Positions 53,932 to 64,000 of a stretch of DNA of 64,000 nt are shown here, one piece after another. The position numbers and the translations under genes are program-made. This DNA comes from an uncultured Planctomycetota bacterium (GTDB lineage: Bacteria > Planctomycetota > Planctomycetia > Isosphaerales > Isosphaeraceae), in assembly GCA_963845755.1 (NCBI GenBank), contig CAWJTV010000011.1:64001-128000 (forward strand). The letters run 5' to 3'. The notes under the pieces were generated by a model that ran no database searches, was not told the DNA's origin, and saw nothing but the letters and a program-made list of their open reading frames with translations. Numbering within the stretch: position 1 is the first letter of the stretch; every line of letters begins with the position of its first letter.

Positions 53932-55411
53932 CTAACCACCTCCCGCCTGGTCGGACGAGGTCTCTTCCGATCCCGCCGCGATCGGCGCCGGCGACTTGTC
54001 GAGTCGCACCGGGCCGCCGTCAGTGAGGATGGACAGCTTGCTACCGATGAGCACCTGGTCCGAGGTTTCGATCGGTACCCACTTTTCCTTGAGGAGCGCT
54101 TCCGTCTTGACGCGACGATTGGTGACCGCGATCCACTGGCCATCCGAGGGCCCCGTCTGGATCTCGGTACGAATCGCGCAGGCCTTCCACGTACCGCCAG
54201 ATGAAGGACTTGCCGCCGGCGAGGGTGAGGGCCGATTTCGGCAGCGCCGGACGGCGGGGCGCTGGACGTCAACCTCGCCGTAGGCATACATCCCCGGCAG
54301 GATCTGGCTGCCGGGATTGGGCAGGTCGATCTCGGCACGCATCGTACGGCTGTGGGTGTTGAGGGCCCAGGCGATGCGCGTCACGGTCGCCTGTAGCCAC
54401 TCGTCGCGATAGGCCCACACCTTGACGCGCGCCTCGGACCCGATATGGATGTAGTTGGCATCCCGCTCGGGGACGTCAACGTAGATCCGGACGATGTCCG
54501 TGCGATCGACCACGTAGATCGGTGCGGCCTGACGGCTGGGCGAGAGGTCGGGAGCCCGATCCATGGCCGTGGGGTCGCCGGAGGTCGGCAGGACGAAGTC
54601 CCAGGTGTTGGCATTGCGGGCTACGATGATGCCGTCATAAGGCGCCAGGAGCTTGAGGTAGCCTACCCACGCCTCGAGCCGCTTCGCCTCGCTCCGGGCC
54701 ACCGCCAGGTCGGCGCGGGCGACGGCGACGTTGACCTCGGCCCGCTCCAGTGTGGCATCGGCGGCCACGAGATCCGCCTGCGCCTTCAAGATCGCCGCCT
54801 TCGCGGCGTCCCGCGCGGCGATGTTCGACTTCCACTGATTGGTCGAACTCGAGGAGGATCTGGGGGTCAACCACGGTCCGATGGACCTCGCGGGTGAGCC
54901 GCTGGACCTGGATGTCCCAGCGTTCGACTTCGGATTCATACTTGCCGAGAATTGATTGCGTCTCTTCGAGGCGCGCCTTGGCCGCCTCGACCAGGGCTCG
55001 ATCGACTTCCACATCCTTCAGGGCAAACCGGACCCGCTCCGAATCCAGCTCGACCGTAGACTTCTTCGTCGTCAACATCTCGCGCAGCTCGGGCACGAAG
55101 AGGTCGGCGAGCACGTCGCCCTTCTGGACCTTGTCGCCGATATCCACGTTCCACTTCTCGATGAATGCGGACACCTTCGGGTAGATCGACGTGCGCTCGT
55201 AGCTCTGGACGAAGCTCGGCTGCCCGACCAGGCGGACGATCTTCCGGGGCCGGGGATGGATCATCTGGAGGGCCGGGGGCTCCAGGACGCTCGGCGCCGT
55301 CGGCTCTTCCTTGGAGCAGCCGTCCGCCGCGAGGGCGGCCAGGAGCCAGAGCCCGAGTCGGCTGCACCGAGCGGAACGAACCGTGATGTCAGGCCGAAAG
55401 GCGGTTTGCAA
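53932..55411 (-). CDS. RND efflux periplasmic adaptor (MFP), several frameshifts
   Basis: PKVSAFIEKWNVDIGDKVQKGDVLA; APYDGIIVARN; RTMRAEIDLPN....LPGMY. Confidence 0.88.
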
Positions 55412-55480
55412 CGCTCATCTCCCGTTGCAGGTGAGACGGACCGGGCTGGCCCGCCGTGGGAATCTCTGTCCGAGAACCCT

Positions 55481-55540
55481 GTAGGGTGGGTGAAACCCAC
55501 CAGGATCGGGGCGATTCTCGGTGGGTTTCACCCACCCTAC
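55481..55540. repeat. GTAG-type REP doublet (perfect inverted pair)
   Basis: GTAGGGTGGGTGAAACCCACC ... GGTGGGTTTCACCCACCCTAC; an outer inverted repeat GTCCGAGAAC/GTTCTCGGAC flanks it. Confidence 0.88.
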
Positions 55541-55580
55541 AAAGGCCGGACGCCGTTCTCGGACCGTTTCGCAGTCCTTG

Positions 55581-58500
55581 TCAGGGGGCCTCCTCTTCTT
55601 CCGCCGCATTGTCACCACCCTTGTCTTCCTCCTCGCCGCCGTTGCCCTCACCGAAGGCCTCGGGATCGTAGTGCGCGCTTTCGGGATTGGCCGGGTAGAG
55701 GGAGGGCGAGCGGGGTTCCTGGCGGCCGATCACCAGCGCGAAGATCGAGGGGAGGACCAGCAAGGTGGCGAACGTGGACATCACGAGTCCCCCGATCACG
55801 GCGCGGCCGAGCGGGGCCTCCATCTGGCTGCCGCGCTCCAGGGCCAGCGCCATGGGCACCATGCCGACGGTCATCGCGCAGGCCGTCATCAGGATCGGCC
55901 GTAGCCGTTCGCTGGCACCCATGATGGCGGCCTCGGTCGAGCGCTTGCCCGCCTTCCAGTGTTCGTCCATGAACGTGACCATCATCACCGAGTTGGAGAC
56001 CGAGACGCCCAGGCACATGATCGAACCCATGAACGACTCGATGTTAACCGTGGTCTTGCTGAAGTAGAGGATGGTCACGATGCCGGCGAGCACGCCCGGC
56101 ACGGCCCCGATGGAGATCAGGGCCAGGCGCGGGGATTGGAAATAGGCCGTCAACAGGACGAGGATGACGAAGACAGAGACCGCCAATCCGATCCCCAGGG
56201 CCTCGAACATCTTGCTCATCGGCGGCAGCGATCCCATCTCCTCCAGGCGGACGCCGCGGGGCAGCTCCCCGACCTCGTCGCACGCCTGGCGGACCTGCTT
56301 GGCGGCCCGACCCAGGTCCTCACCCTCGACGTTGGCGATCACGGTCAGGTACGCGCTGCGACATGTCGCGGTCGTACTCGCCGGGCCGCACGCTCTCATG
56401 AACCTGGCCGTCCTTCAACACGTCGCGGACCATCAGGGGAACATAGGGGTTGACCGACTCCAGCGGCAACTCTTCGAGATCCGACGGCTTCTCCATCCGC
56501 AAGGCCGGCACCTGGATCTGCACCAGGTAGTCGAAGCCGGTCTTCTCGTCGATCCAGTAATTGAGATTGGTGAAACGGGTCGAGGCGGTCGCCATGACGA
56601 GTGCACGCTCGACGTGCTTGAGGGTGACGCCGACCAGGCCCGCCAGCTCGCGGTCGATGGTGACCTCGACCGTGGGGTAGTCGAGCGTTTGCTCGAAGCC
56701 GACATCGCGGAGGAAGGGATTGCGCCTCAGCGCGGCGGCCACCTTCTCGGCATGCGCACGGATGGCATCATAATCGGTGCCGACGAGGCGAACCGCGATC
56801 GGCTTCGAGGAGCCGAAGCTCATGACCTGACTCACGATGTCGCCCGGCTCGAAACCGAAGGTGCTCTTGTCCGCCTGTTTCTGCGCCTCGTCCTTGGACA
56901 ATCCGCCCGTCTCCAGCCGGTTCGCCAGCCAGGGGCCCACCCGCTCGGGGAGGACCTTCCGGAGCCGCTCGCGGAACTCGTCGAGCTTGATCTTGCTGTC
57001 CTCCTTCAACTTGACGCGCAGCCAGCCGTCGTCGGGCCCGCGCATGAACAGCACCATGTTGTCGATGCCGAAGTTCGGGGCGACCTGGCCGACGAAGCCC
57101 ATCGTGATCGAGACGTTGTCGGTCCCCGCCTCGTTCTCGACCTCCTGGAGGCATTTGATCCCCATCTCGCGGGTCAGCTCGTAGCTCGACCCCGCAGGCG
57201 GTCGGAACCGCAGCACGAATTCCCCCTGATCGATCTGCGGGAACAATTCGGTGCCGACCTCGAGACCCAGCACCCCCAGGATGAGGCCGCACGCGCCGAG
57301 ATAGATCATGACCACCCAGAAGCGATGCGCGACGAACGCTTGCACGGCCGTGCGATAAGCCCCGCTGACCCGGTCGAACAGTCCGGGCTTCTTCTCGCCC
57401 TGTTCCTTCTTGTGCTTGAGCAGGTAGACGCTCATGATCGGCACGAATGTGCTGGAGAGCAGGTACGAAAAGACCATGGCGAAGCCGACCGCCAGGGTCA
57501 GCGGCATGAACAACGACCGCAGCGGGTCTTCCATGATGAACGCCGGGATGAACACCGACAGGATGCAGAGCAAGGCCAGCAGCCGCGGCACGGCCGTCGC
57601 GTTGCTGGCGTTGAGTACCGCCGTGGCGATGTTCGAGGTTTCCTCCATCTGCACGTGGGTGTTCTCGATCGTCACGGTCGCCTCATCGACCAGGATGCCG
57701 ATGGCCAAAGCCATGCCGCCCAGCGACATGATGTTGATCGTGTTCTGCGTCACCCAGAGTCCGAACAGGGACCCCATCAGGGCGAGCGGGATGTTGCAGA
57801 CGACGACCATCACGCTCCGCAGGTCGCGGAGGAACAGGAGGATCATCAGCCCGGTCAGGCCCGCGCCGATCGCGCCCTCGGTGGCCACGCTCTCGACCGC
57901 ATGCACCACCGTGGGCGACTCGTCGAACTCGAAGGTGATCTTCACGTCGGGCGGGACGGCGGCGCGGAAGGTCTCCAGCGACTTGTTGACGTCGGCGACG
58001 ACGGTGAGCGTCGAGCCGGTGTCCTTCTTGATGATCGGCAGGTGGATCGCCTTCTGGCCGTTGACGAGGGCATAGCCGTAGGTGATGTCGGTGTCGTCCT
58101 GGATGGTCGCCACGTCGCGGAGGTAGACGTTCTGGCCCAGCCGGAGCGGGATGTCGCCCAGGCGCTGGATGTCGACCACCGTGGCGTTGTTGTGGACGAT
58201 CGGCATCGCGTCCTTGACGTAGATGTTCCCCGACGGGATGACGACGTTCCCGTTCTTGAGGGCCTCGACGACGTGCTGGGGGTTGAGGTTGTATTCGAGG
58301 AGCTTTCGGGGATCGACATTGACGATGATCGACCGCATGTTCGGGCCGAATGGGGAGATGGCGACCGTGCCGGGGACGTTCTTCTGCACGAGTGGCCGGA
58401 TGATGTTCTGCGCCAGGTCGCCCATCGCCCCGATCGAAGTCTTGTCGCCCTCGCTGGTGAAGACGAGGTAGCCGATCGGGACGCTGCCGGCGTCCATGCG

Positions 58501-58920
58501 CATGATCATCGGCGGCAAGGACCCCGGGGGCATCCACGCCATGGCCCGGTCGGACATCGCCACGACCTGGGCCATGGCCTGGCCCATCTCGGTGTCGTGG
58601 AAGAAGCCGAGCTCGCACAAGCCGACCTGCTGGATGTTCCGCGATTTGATGTCCTGGATGCCGTCGACGTACTGAAAGTACAGCTCGAGCTCGTTGACGA
58701 TGAATCCCTCGATCTGGTCGGGACTCATGCCGATGAAATCGAAGAAGACGTAGATCTTCGGGGTGTTCAGCGAGGGGAAGATGTCCACGCGCATCTTCCC
58801 GTAGGCCAGGATGCCCAGGCTGATCAGAGCCAAGACCAGCATCATGAGGGTGATGGGATGATCCATCGCCAGGACGGTGGGATTCGCGGATCCGGCTTTC
58901 TTCCTGGGTTCGGCGGCCAC
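55581..58920 (-). CDS. RND efflux permease (AcrB/AcrD/AcrF family), frameshifted near 56355
   Basis: GAGGAG plus GTG start; NIMSLGGMALAIGILVDEATVTIEN; RLRPILMT; PLGRAVIGGL. Confidence 0.93.
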
Positions 58921-59351
58921 GAGTAGAACTCCTCGATGCGGCTGGCTCCAGTCGTTCGGCGAGGCGCCGCGCACATTTGCGATCGGCCGGAACGGTGGGC
59001 CGATTCCATCGTCGGACGGCGGCCGCCGTCACGCCCCGGTCTCGCAGAGTGATCACTCCCGCGCCTCGCCAGGCATCAACCGACGAGACGACTCCCCGGC
59101 TCTCGTTCCTCGCGCTGCGCGATCAACCTTTTGCAAGCAATTCCTGCGCCAGATGCGTCCCGGTGAGCTTACCTTCCGAACGACTTCACCGGCCGGACGA
59201 GCCGGCCGTGGTCGACCCTCCAGTGAGCTTTGCGCCTTCCCAGCCCAGGTTTTTTGCCCTTATCACCGCGACCCTCGCCGACTACAGTGATCGGGGCGGA
59301 AGATTCCGATTCGGCGGATTGCGCCGATAGTCGGGGCGAATACCAGGGAGG

Positions 59352-62069
59352 ATGGCGAGGTCAGGACGCCTCGCGAAGGTTCGATGCAACGAGCCGGAGT
59401 GGGGTGCACTGCGATCGCCGATCCCGAGAGGGTCAGCCCTTGCGCTCTTGTCGGACGCGGTACGCGGCTGGTTCACAACCGCGTTTCCGGAGGGCCCAAC
59501 GCCGGCGCAGGCACTCGCCTGGCCGCCGATCACGGCGGGCGAGCATGTACTGCTGGTCTCGCCGACCGGGACGGGCAAGACGCTGGCCGCGTTCCTGGCG
59601 ATCCTCGACCGACTCTTCCGTGCGTGGGAGAGGGGAACGCTGGCGCGCGGACTGTGCTGCCTCTATGTCTCACCCTTGCGGAGCCTCAACTACGACATCG
59701 AGCGCAACCTGACCGATCCGCTGGCGGGGATCGGCCGGCGGCTCGAGCGGGAGATCAGCCCGGTCCGGGTTGGGGTGCGGACTGGCGACACGTCCGCCTA
59801 CGATCGCCGTAAGTTGCGGGACGATCCGCCGCATGTGTTGATCACGACGCCCGAGAGCCTGTCGTTGCTGTTGAGCCAGGAGAGTTGGCTGGCCCATTGG
59901 CGGACCGTCGAGCACGTGATTGTCGATGAAGTCCACGCACTGGCGCCGACGAAGCGGGGAGCCGATCTGGCCGTCTCGCTCGAGCGTGTGGCGGCGCTGG
60001 CCGTGCGCGACCCCTGCCGGGTCGGCCTGTCGGCGACCTGCCGGACGGACGAGGCGATCACCCACTTCCTGGTCGGCCCGTCGCGGACCTGTCGCGTCAT
60101 CGAGGCACCCCCTCCTGCTGGCACGCCGCCCATGGAGATCGCCGTCGAGAGCTTGATCAAGCCCGGTGAGGCTCCTCATCGCGGGCTTAGCTACCGACGG
60201 CTGCATCGACGCCTCCGACGGATCATCGGGTCGAACCGGACCACCGTCGTCTTTGCCAATACGCGAGCCTTTGCCGAGAAGATCACGCATGATCTGCGCC
60301 TCCAAGTGGGGCGATCCGCAAGCACCGACGAGGTCGTGCCGGTGCTCGCAGAGCACCCGACAGGAGATCCGGACGAATTGGTGATCGCTGCCCACCATTC
60401 GGCGCTCGATGCCCGGCGAAGGCGGGCGATCGAGTCGGGGCTGAAGTCGGGTGCGGTCCGGGCGGTGGTGACCAGCACCAGCCTGGAGCTCGGCGTGGAC
60501 ATCGGCACGGCGGACCTGACGGTCCAGGTCGGGTTGCCGGGCGCAGTGTCGCGTTGCGTGCAGCGGGTGGGCCGATCGGGCCATCGCCGGGGTGCCGGAT
60601 CGCGCGGGCTCTTGCTGGCAGCGACGCCCGGCGAGCTGGTCGGCGCCGCGATCACGGCGCGAGCCGCACTGGCGGGTCGGGTCGAGCCGATTCGGGGGGT
60701 CGCCGGTCCGCTGGATGTCGTCTGTCAGCAGCTCATCGGCATGGCCTGCGCGGGGGAGCAGTCGGTCGGCGCGGCGTTCGAGGTGATCCGTAAAGCCGGG
60801 CCGATGAGCGGGCTATCCCGGGCCGATTTTGACGCCTGCCTCGCCTTCCTGGCCGGCGAACTCGGGAGCCCGGCCGGTGCGTATGAGCCCGAGCCGGGCG
60901 CACCGCCACGATGGACATCACCGCGGATCTGGAAGCACGCCGGTCATTTCGGTACTCGCAACCGGCGCGTGACGCGATGGTTCCGCAGCAACGTCGGGAC
61001 GATCTGCTCGGAGGAGTCGGTGCGGGTGCTGGAGGGGGGGGTTGCCGTCGGGACACTGGAGGCATCGTACGCCGAGCGGCTGGCGGCCGGCGACCGCTTT
61101 GTCCTGGATGGCCGCGCGCTGGAAGTCCGTCGGATCGAGGGCGCGATCGTCCACGCGCGGCCGGCCGGCGGCGAGCCGAGCCTGCCGCGATGGACCAGCG
61201 ATCGCCAGTCGTTCTCGCCCGAGCTGGCACGCGAGCTGGCCGGCTTCCGTGCTGAGGCGGCTCGCCGGCTGGCCGAGGAAGGTGCGGAGACGCTCCGCCG
61301 CTGGCTGCTCGCGGAGCTCGGCCTGGCCCCCGAAGCCGCCAGCTTGGTGATCGAGCTGTTCGAGGCCCAGGAGCAATGGAGCGAGGTCCCCGGCGCCGAG
61401 GACTTGTTGGTCGAGGAGTCGCCGGCGCCGGAGGGCCCCGGACGGATCTACACGTTCCACGCGCCGTTGCATCGCGCGGCGTGCGAGGCGATGGGGCGCG
61501 CCATCGGCGCCCGGCTGGGTCGCCGGCTCGGCCGAGACCTCGTGCTGGGGATCGCCGACCTGGGCTGGTCCATCCGCCTACCCGATGACGAAGCAATCGC
61601 CCCGAGTGAGCTCTCGTCGCTGCTGGATCTCGATCACTTCGTAGAAGACGTGCTCGAGGGACTGGACCGTGGCGAACTGCTGGCGAGGCGGTTCCGCCAG
61701 GTCGCCACGACGGCGCTGATGATCCTGCGCAATCCGGAGCCGGGGCGCCGGGTGCGCGTCGGCGGGTTGCACTGGGCCAGTACCCGATTGTACCCGCTGG
61801 TGCGGGCTGCGTGCCCCGACCATCCCTTGCTCCGCCAGACACGCCGCGAAGTCCTCGAGGACGTCCTCGACGTGCCATCCGCCCGGCACTGGCTCGAAGC
61901 GCGGCCGACGGTGCGGTTCCGTCGCCTGCCGGGCCTCTCGCCGTTCGCCGCCGCCTGGATCGAGCCGGCCGCGGCCGATTCCCTTCGCTACGAGCCGCCC
62001 GACGCCGCACTGCGCCGCCTGCACGCGCGGCTACTCTCCGCCAGCGGGGCAGGGGATCGCGAACCATGA
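59352..62069 (+). CDS. lhr: Lhr-core type DEAD/DEAH-box helicase
   Basis: SPTGTGKTLAAF; YVSPLRSL..DI; ITTPESL; DEVH; GLSAT; HHSAL; TSSLELGVDIG; QRVGRSGH. Confidence 0.92.
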   Translation: MARSGRLAKVRCNEPEWGALRSPIPRGSALALLSDAVRGWFTTAFPEGPTPAQALAWPPITAGEHVLLVSPTGTGKTLAAFLAILDRLFRAWERGTLARGLCCLYVSPLRSLNYDIERNLTDPLAGIGRRLEREISPVRVGVRTGDTSAYDRRKLRDDPPHVLITTPESLSLLLSQESWLAHWRTVEHVIVDEVHALAPTKRGADLAVSLERVAALAVRDPCRVGLSATCRTDEAITHFLVGPSRTCRVIEAPPPAGTPPMEIAVESLIKPGEAPHRGLSYRRLHRRLRRIIGSNRTTVVFANTRAFAEKITHDLRLQVGRSASTDEVVPVLAEHPTGDPDELVIAAHHSALDARRRRAIESGLKSGAVRAVVTSTSLELGVDIGTADLTVQVGLPGAVSRCVQRVGRSGHRRGAGSRGLLLAATPGELVGAAITARAALAGRVEPIRGVAGPLDVVCQQLIGMACAGEQSVGAAFEVIRKAGPMSGLSRADFDACLAFLAGELGSPAGAYEPEPGAPPRWTSPRIWKHAGHFGTRNRRVTRWFRSNVGTICSEESVRVLEGGVAVGTLEASYAERLAAGDRFVLDGRALEVRRIEGAIVHARPAGGEPSLPRWTSDRQSFSPELARELAGFRAEAARRLAEEGAETLRRWLLAELGLAPEAASLVIELFEAQEQWSEVPGAEDLLVEESPAPEGPGRIYTFHAPLHRAACEAMGRAIGARLGRRLGRDLVLGIADLGWSIRLPDDEAIAPSELSSLLDLDHFVEDVLEGLDRGELLARRFRQVATTALMILRNPEPGRRVRVGGLHWASTRLYPLVRAACPDHPLLRQTRREVLEDVLDVPSARHWLEARPTVRFRRLPGLSPFAAAWIEPAAADSLRYEPPDAALRRLHARLLSASGAGDREP

Positions 62070-62770
62070 AAAGCCGGCACATCGCGATGAACCCGTCTCG
62101 CGAGGAACCGGGCCTCTTCCGATGGGGCTCGTGGCAGCTCGCACCGGAGGGGGCGGCGATCCATCGGGAGGAGCGAACAGCGGTGATCGCCGACGTGCAC
62201 CTCGGTTATGAATGGGCCCGGGGTTCGGCCGGAGATTGCGTCCCGGCTCACTCCTTGAGCGAGACCTTGATCGGGCTCGATCGCCTGCTGGCCCGCGCGC
62301 CGATCGCGCGGCTGGTCGTGGCCGGCGACCTGGTCGAGTCGCCGCGATTTTGCTCCCGGACCGCCGCCGATGTGCGGCGACTCCGCGACTGGCTCGATTC
62401 GTTGGGTGTGAGCCTCACGATCCTGGAGGGGAACCACGATCGGTCGCTTTCCCTGCCCACCACCTGCACGGTCAACGGCTGGACGATCGGCCACGGCCAT
62501 CGGCCGTTGCCCGGAGATCGAACGATTTCAGGGCATTTGCACCCGGTCGTCCGGGTTGCTGGAAATGGCGCGCGGTGCTTCCTGGCCGGTCCGGACCGGA
62601 TTATACTGCCCGCGTTCTCACTCAACGCCGCCGGTCTCGACGTCGTCACGGCGCGCGTTCCCGCCGAGTGGCTGGAAGTCCCGATGTGCTGCATCGCCAG
62701 TACCGGCGATGATCTGCTCGACCTGGGTCCTCTGCCCATGCTCCGCCGCTATCGACATCTTGTCGTCTGA
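62066..62770 (+). CDS. Metallophosphoesterase (Lhr-associated MPE/PdeM-like)
   Basis: ATGA overlap with lhr; DVHLG, GDL, GNHD, HGH, GHLHP, LPAFS. Confidence 0.9.
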   Translation: MKSRHIAMNPSREEPGLFRWGSWQLAPEGAAIHREERTAVIADVHLGYEWARGSAGDCVPAHSLSETLIGLDRLLARAPIARLVVAGDLVESPRFCSRTAADVRRLRDWLDSLGVSLTILEGNHDRSLSLPTTCTVNGWTIGHGHRPLPGDRTISGHLHPVVRVAGNGARCFLAGPDRIILPAFSLNAAGLDVVTARVPAEWLEVPMCCIASTGDDLLDLGPLPMLRRYRHLVV

Positions 62771-62795
62771 GCGGCGACGCAGGTCGGAGCAACGC

Positions 62796-64000
62796 TCAGG
62801 CCAGGATCGAGTGGACCACCTTGCCGAAGGTATCGGTCAAGCGATCCTCGCGGCCGTTGTGGGGGAATGTCAGTCGGGTGTGGTCGAGGCCCAGCAGGTG
62901 AAGGATCGTGGCGTGGAGGTCGTGGACGTGCACGGGGTCGACCTCGGCGCGGAGGCCGATCGCGTCGGTGGCGCCATGGATCGTCCCTCCCTTGATGCCG
63001 GCGCCGGCCAGCCAGACGGTGAAGCCGTGTGGGTTATGATCGCGGCCTCGGCCGCTCTCGGACATGGGCATCCGGCCGAACTCGCCGCCCCAGATCACGA
63101 GAGTCTCCTCGAGCAGTCCCCGGCGCCTCAGGTCTTTCAACAACCCCGCGATCGGCAGGTCGGTCCGGGCGCACATCCGCGCGTGGTTGGCCTCGACATC
63201 GTCGTGAGCGTCCCAGCCGTTGACATCCCCCGAGTAAAGCTGGATGAACCGGACGTCCCGCTCGACCAACCGGCGGGCCAGCAGGCATCGGGTGCCGAAC
63301 TCGACCGTCTCCGGGCGGTCGAGGCCATAGAGAGTCTTCGTCTCCTCGCTCTCGCTGGCCAGGTCGACGGCGTCGGGCGCGGCCGATTGCATCCGGTACG
63401 CCAGCTCGTACGCCTGGATGCGGGCGGATAGCTCGGTGTCGTCGCCCCGCTCGGCGAGATGGCGGGCGTTCAGCTTGCCGATCAGGTCGAGCGTGCGGCG
63501 CTGGGCGACATCGGACATCCCATCCGGAGGCTCGAGGTCCAGGATCGGCCGCGAGCCCGACCGCATGACCGTACCCTGATGACTCGCCGGTAAGAAGCCC
63601 GCGCCATAGGCAGGCGGACCGCCCTTGATCCCGCCGGCCGGGTCGGGCAATACGACGAAAGCGGGCAAGTCCTGGTTCTCCGTCCCGAGACCGTAGCCGA
63701 CCCAGCTCCCCAGGCTCGGCTTACCCATCAGGACCGAACCTGTGTTCATCTGATAGACCGCTTGCGGATGGTTGACACTGTCGGCCCGGCACGACCGGAT
63801 GACCGCAAGCTCGTCGGAGCACTCGGCGATGTGGGGAAGGAAGTCGGAGACGGGCAGCCCGCTCCGGCCCGCGGGGCGGAAGATTCGCTTGGTGCCCAGG
63901 AGGGGGTTCGCCGCGACCTGCCGGCGGGTGGCCACGCGGCCGAAGCTCGGCGGCAGGGGTCGCCCGGCCAGGCGCTGGAGATCGGGCTTGGGATCGAACG
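62796..64000 (-). CDS. DUF1501 domain protein (5' end outside the window)
   Basis: PSLGSWV.YGLGTENQDLPAFVVL; CLLARRLVER.VRFIQLY; WDAH; TLVIWGGEFGR.P; GRDHNP; HVHDLHATIL. Confidence 0.93.
   Translation of the reverse strand, partial: FDPKPDLQRLAGRPLPPSFGRVATRRQVAANPLLGTKRIFRPAGRSGLPVSDFLPHIAECSDELAVIRSCRADSVNHPQAVYQMNTGSVLMGKPSLGSWVGYGLGTENQDLPAFVVLPDPAGGIKGGPPAYGAGFLPASHQGTVMRSGSRPILDLEPPDGMSDVAQRRTLDLIGKLNARHLAERGDDTELSARIQAYELAYRMQSAAPDAVDLASESEETKTLYGLDRPETVEFGTRCLLARRLVERDVRFIQLYSGDVNGWDAHDDVEANHARMCARTDLPIAGLLKDLRRRGLLEETLVIWGGEFGRMPMSESGRGRDHNPHGFTVWLAGAGIKGGTIHGATDAIGLRAEVDPVHVHDLHATILHLLGLDHTRLTFPHNGREDRLTDTFGKVVHSILA

Noticed and set aside
56164..58926. 920-aa plus-strand ORF and similar long antisense ORFs (e.g. 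10572..12380, 50232..51824, 26515..28545)
   Set aside because: Shadow ORFs opposite well-supported genes in high-GC DNA, with no recognisable motifs.
1..64000. tRNA, rRNA or riboswitch genes
   Set aside because: None recognised by eye; a covariance-model search (Infernal/Rfam) would be needed to exclude them.

Overview
GC-rich chromosomal window from a planctomycete, probably Isosphaeraceae (Singulisphaera/Aquisphaera-like). The assignment rests on DUF1559 prepilin-like genes, DUF1501, DUF1573, four LEPR-XLL-type secreted proteins and planctomycete-type ECF sigma factors. Main contents: secreted and surface proteins (a 2079-aa S53 protease, a matrixin, a PEP-CTERM protein); a putative metal-handling locus (DUF2946/RAPP leader, DUF1559, Csp-like copper protein, DUF58/transglutaminase-like/MoxR, DUF318 permease); ExeA-like and BY-kinase-like genes; an RND efflux operon with two TolC paralogues; an Lhr-core helicase with a metallophosphoesterase; and an accessory island at about 43.0-47.8 kb. 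Many genes carry 1-nt frameshifts, mostly in short homopolymers, which look like long-read assembly errors. The most striking feature is in the island. An orphan phage-type terminase large subunit carries an intein right after its Walker B motif. The HNH/zinc-finger endonuclease is not part of the intein polypeptide: it is a separate gene with its own ATG and TAG, nested in another reading frame inside the intein, while the intein frame stays open across it. One missing G at 46119-46120 repairs both frames at once. Next to it is a TIGR04255 / small protein / ADP-ribosyltransferase-like triad that may be a defence or toxin-antitoxin module. All family assignments are by motif recognition by eye; no searches were run.
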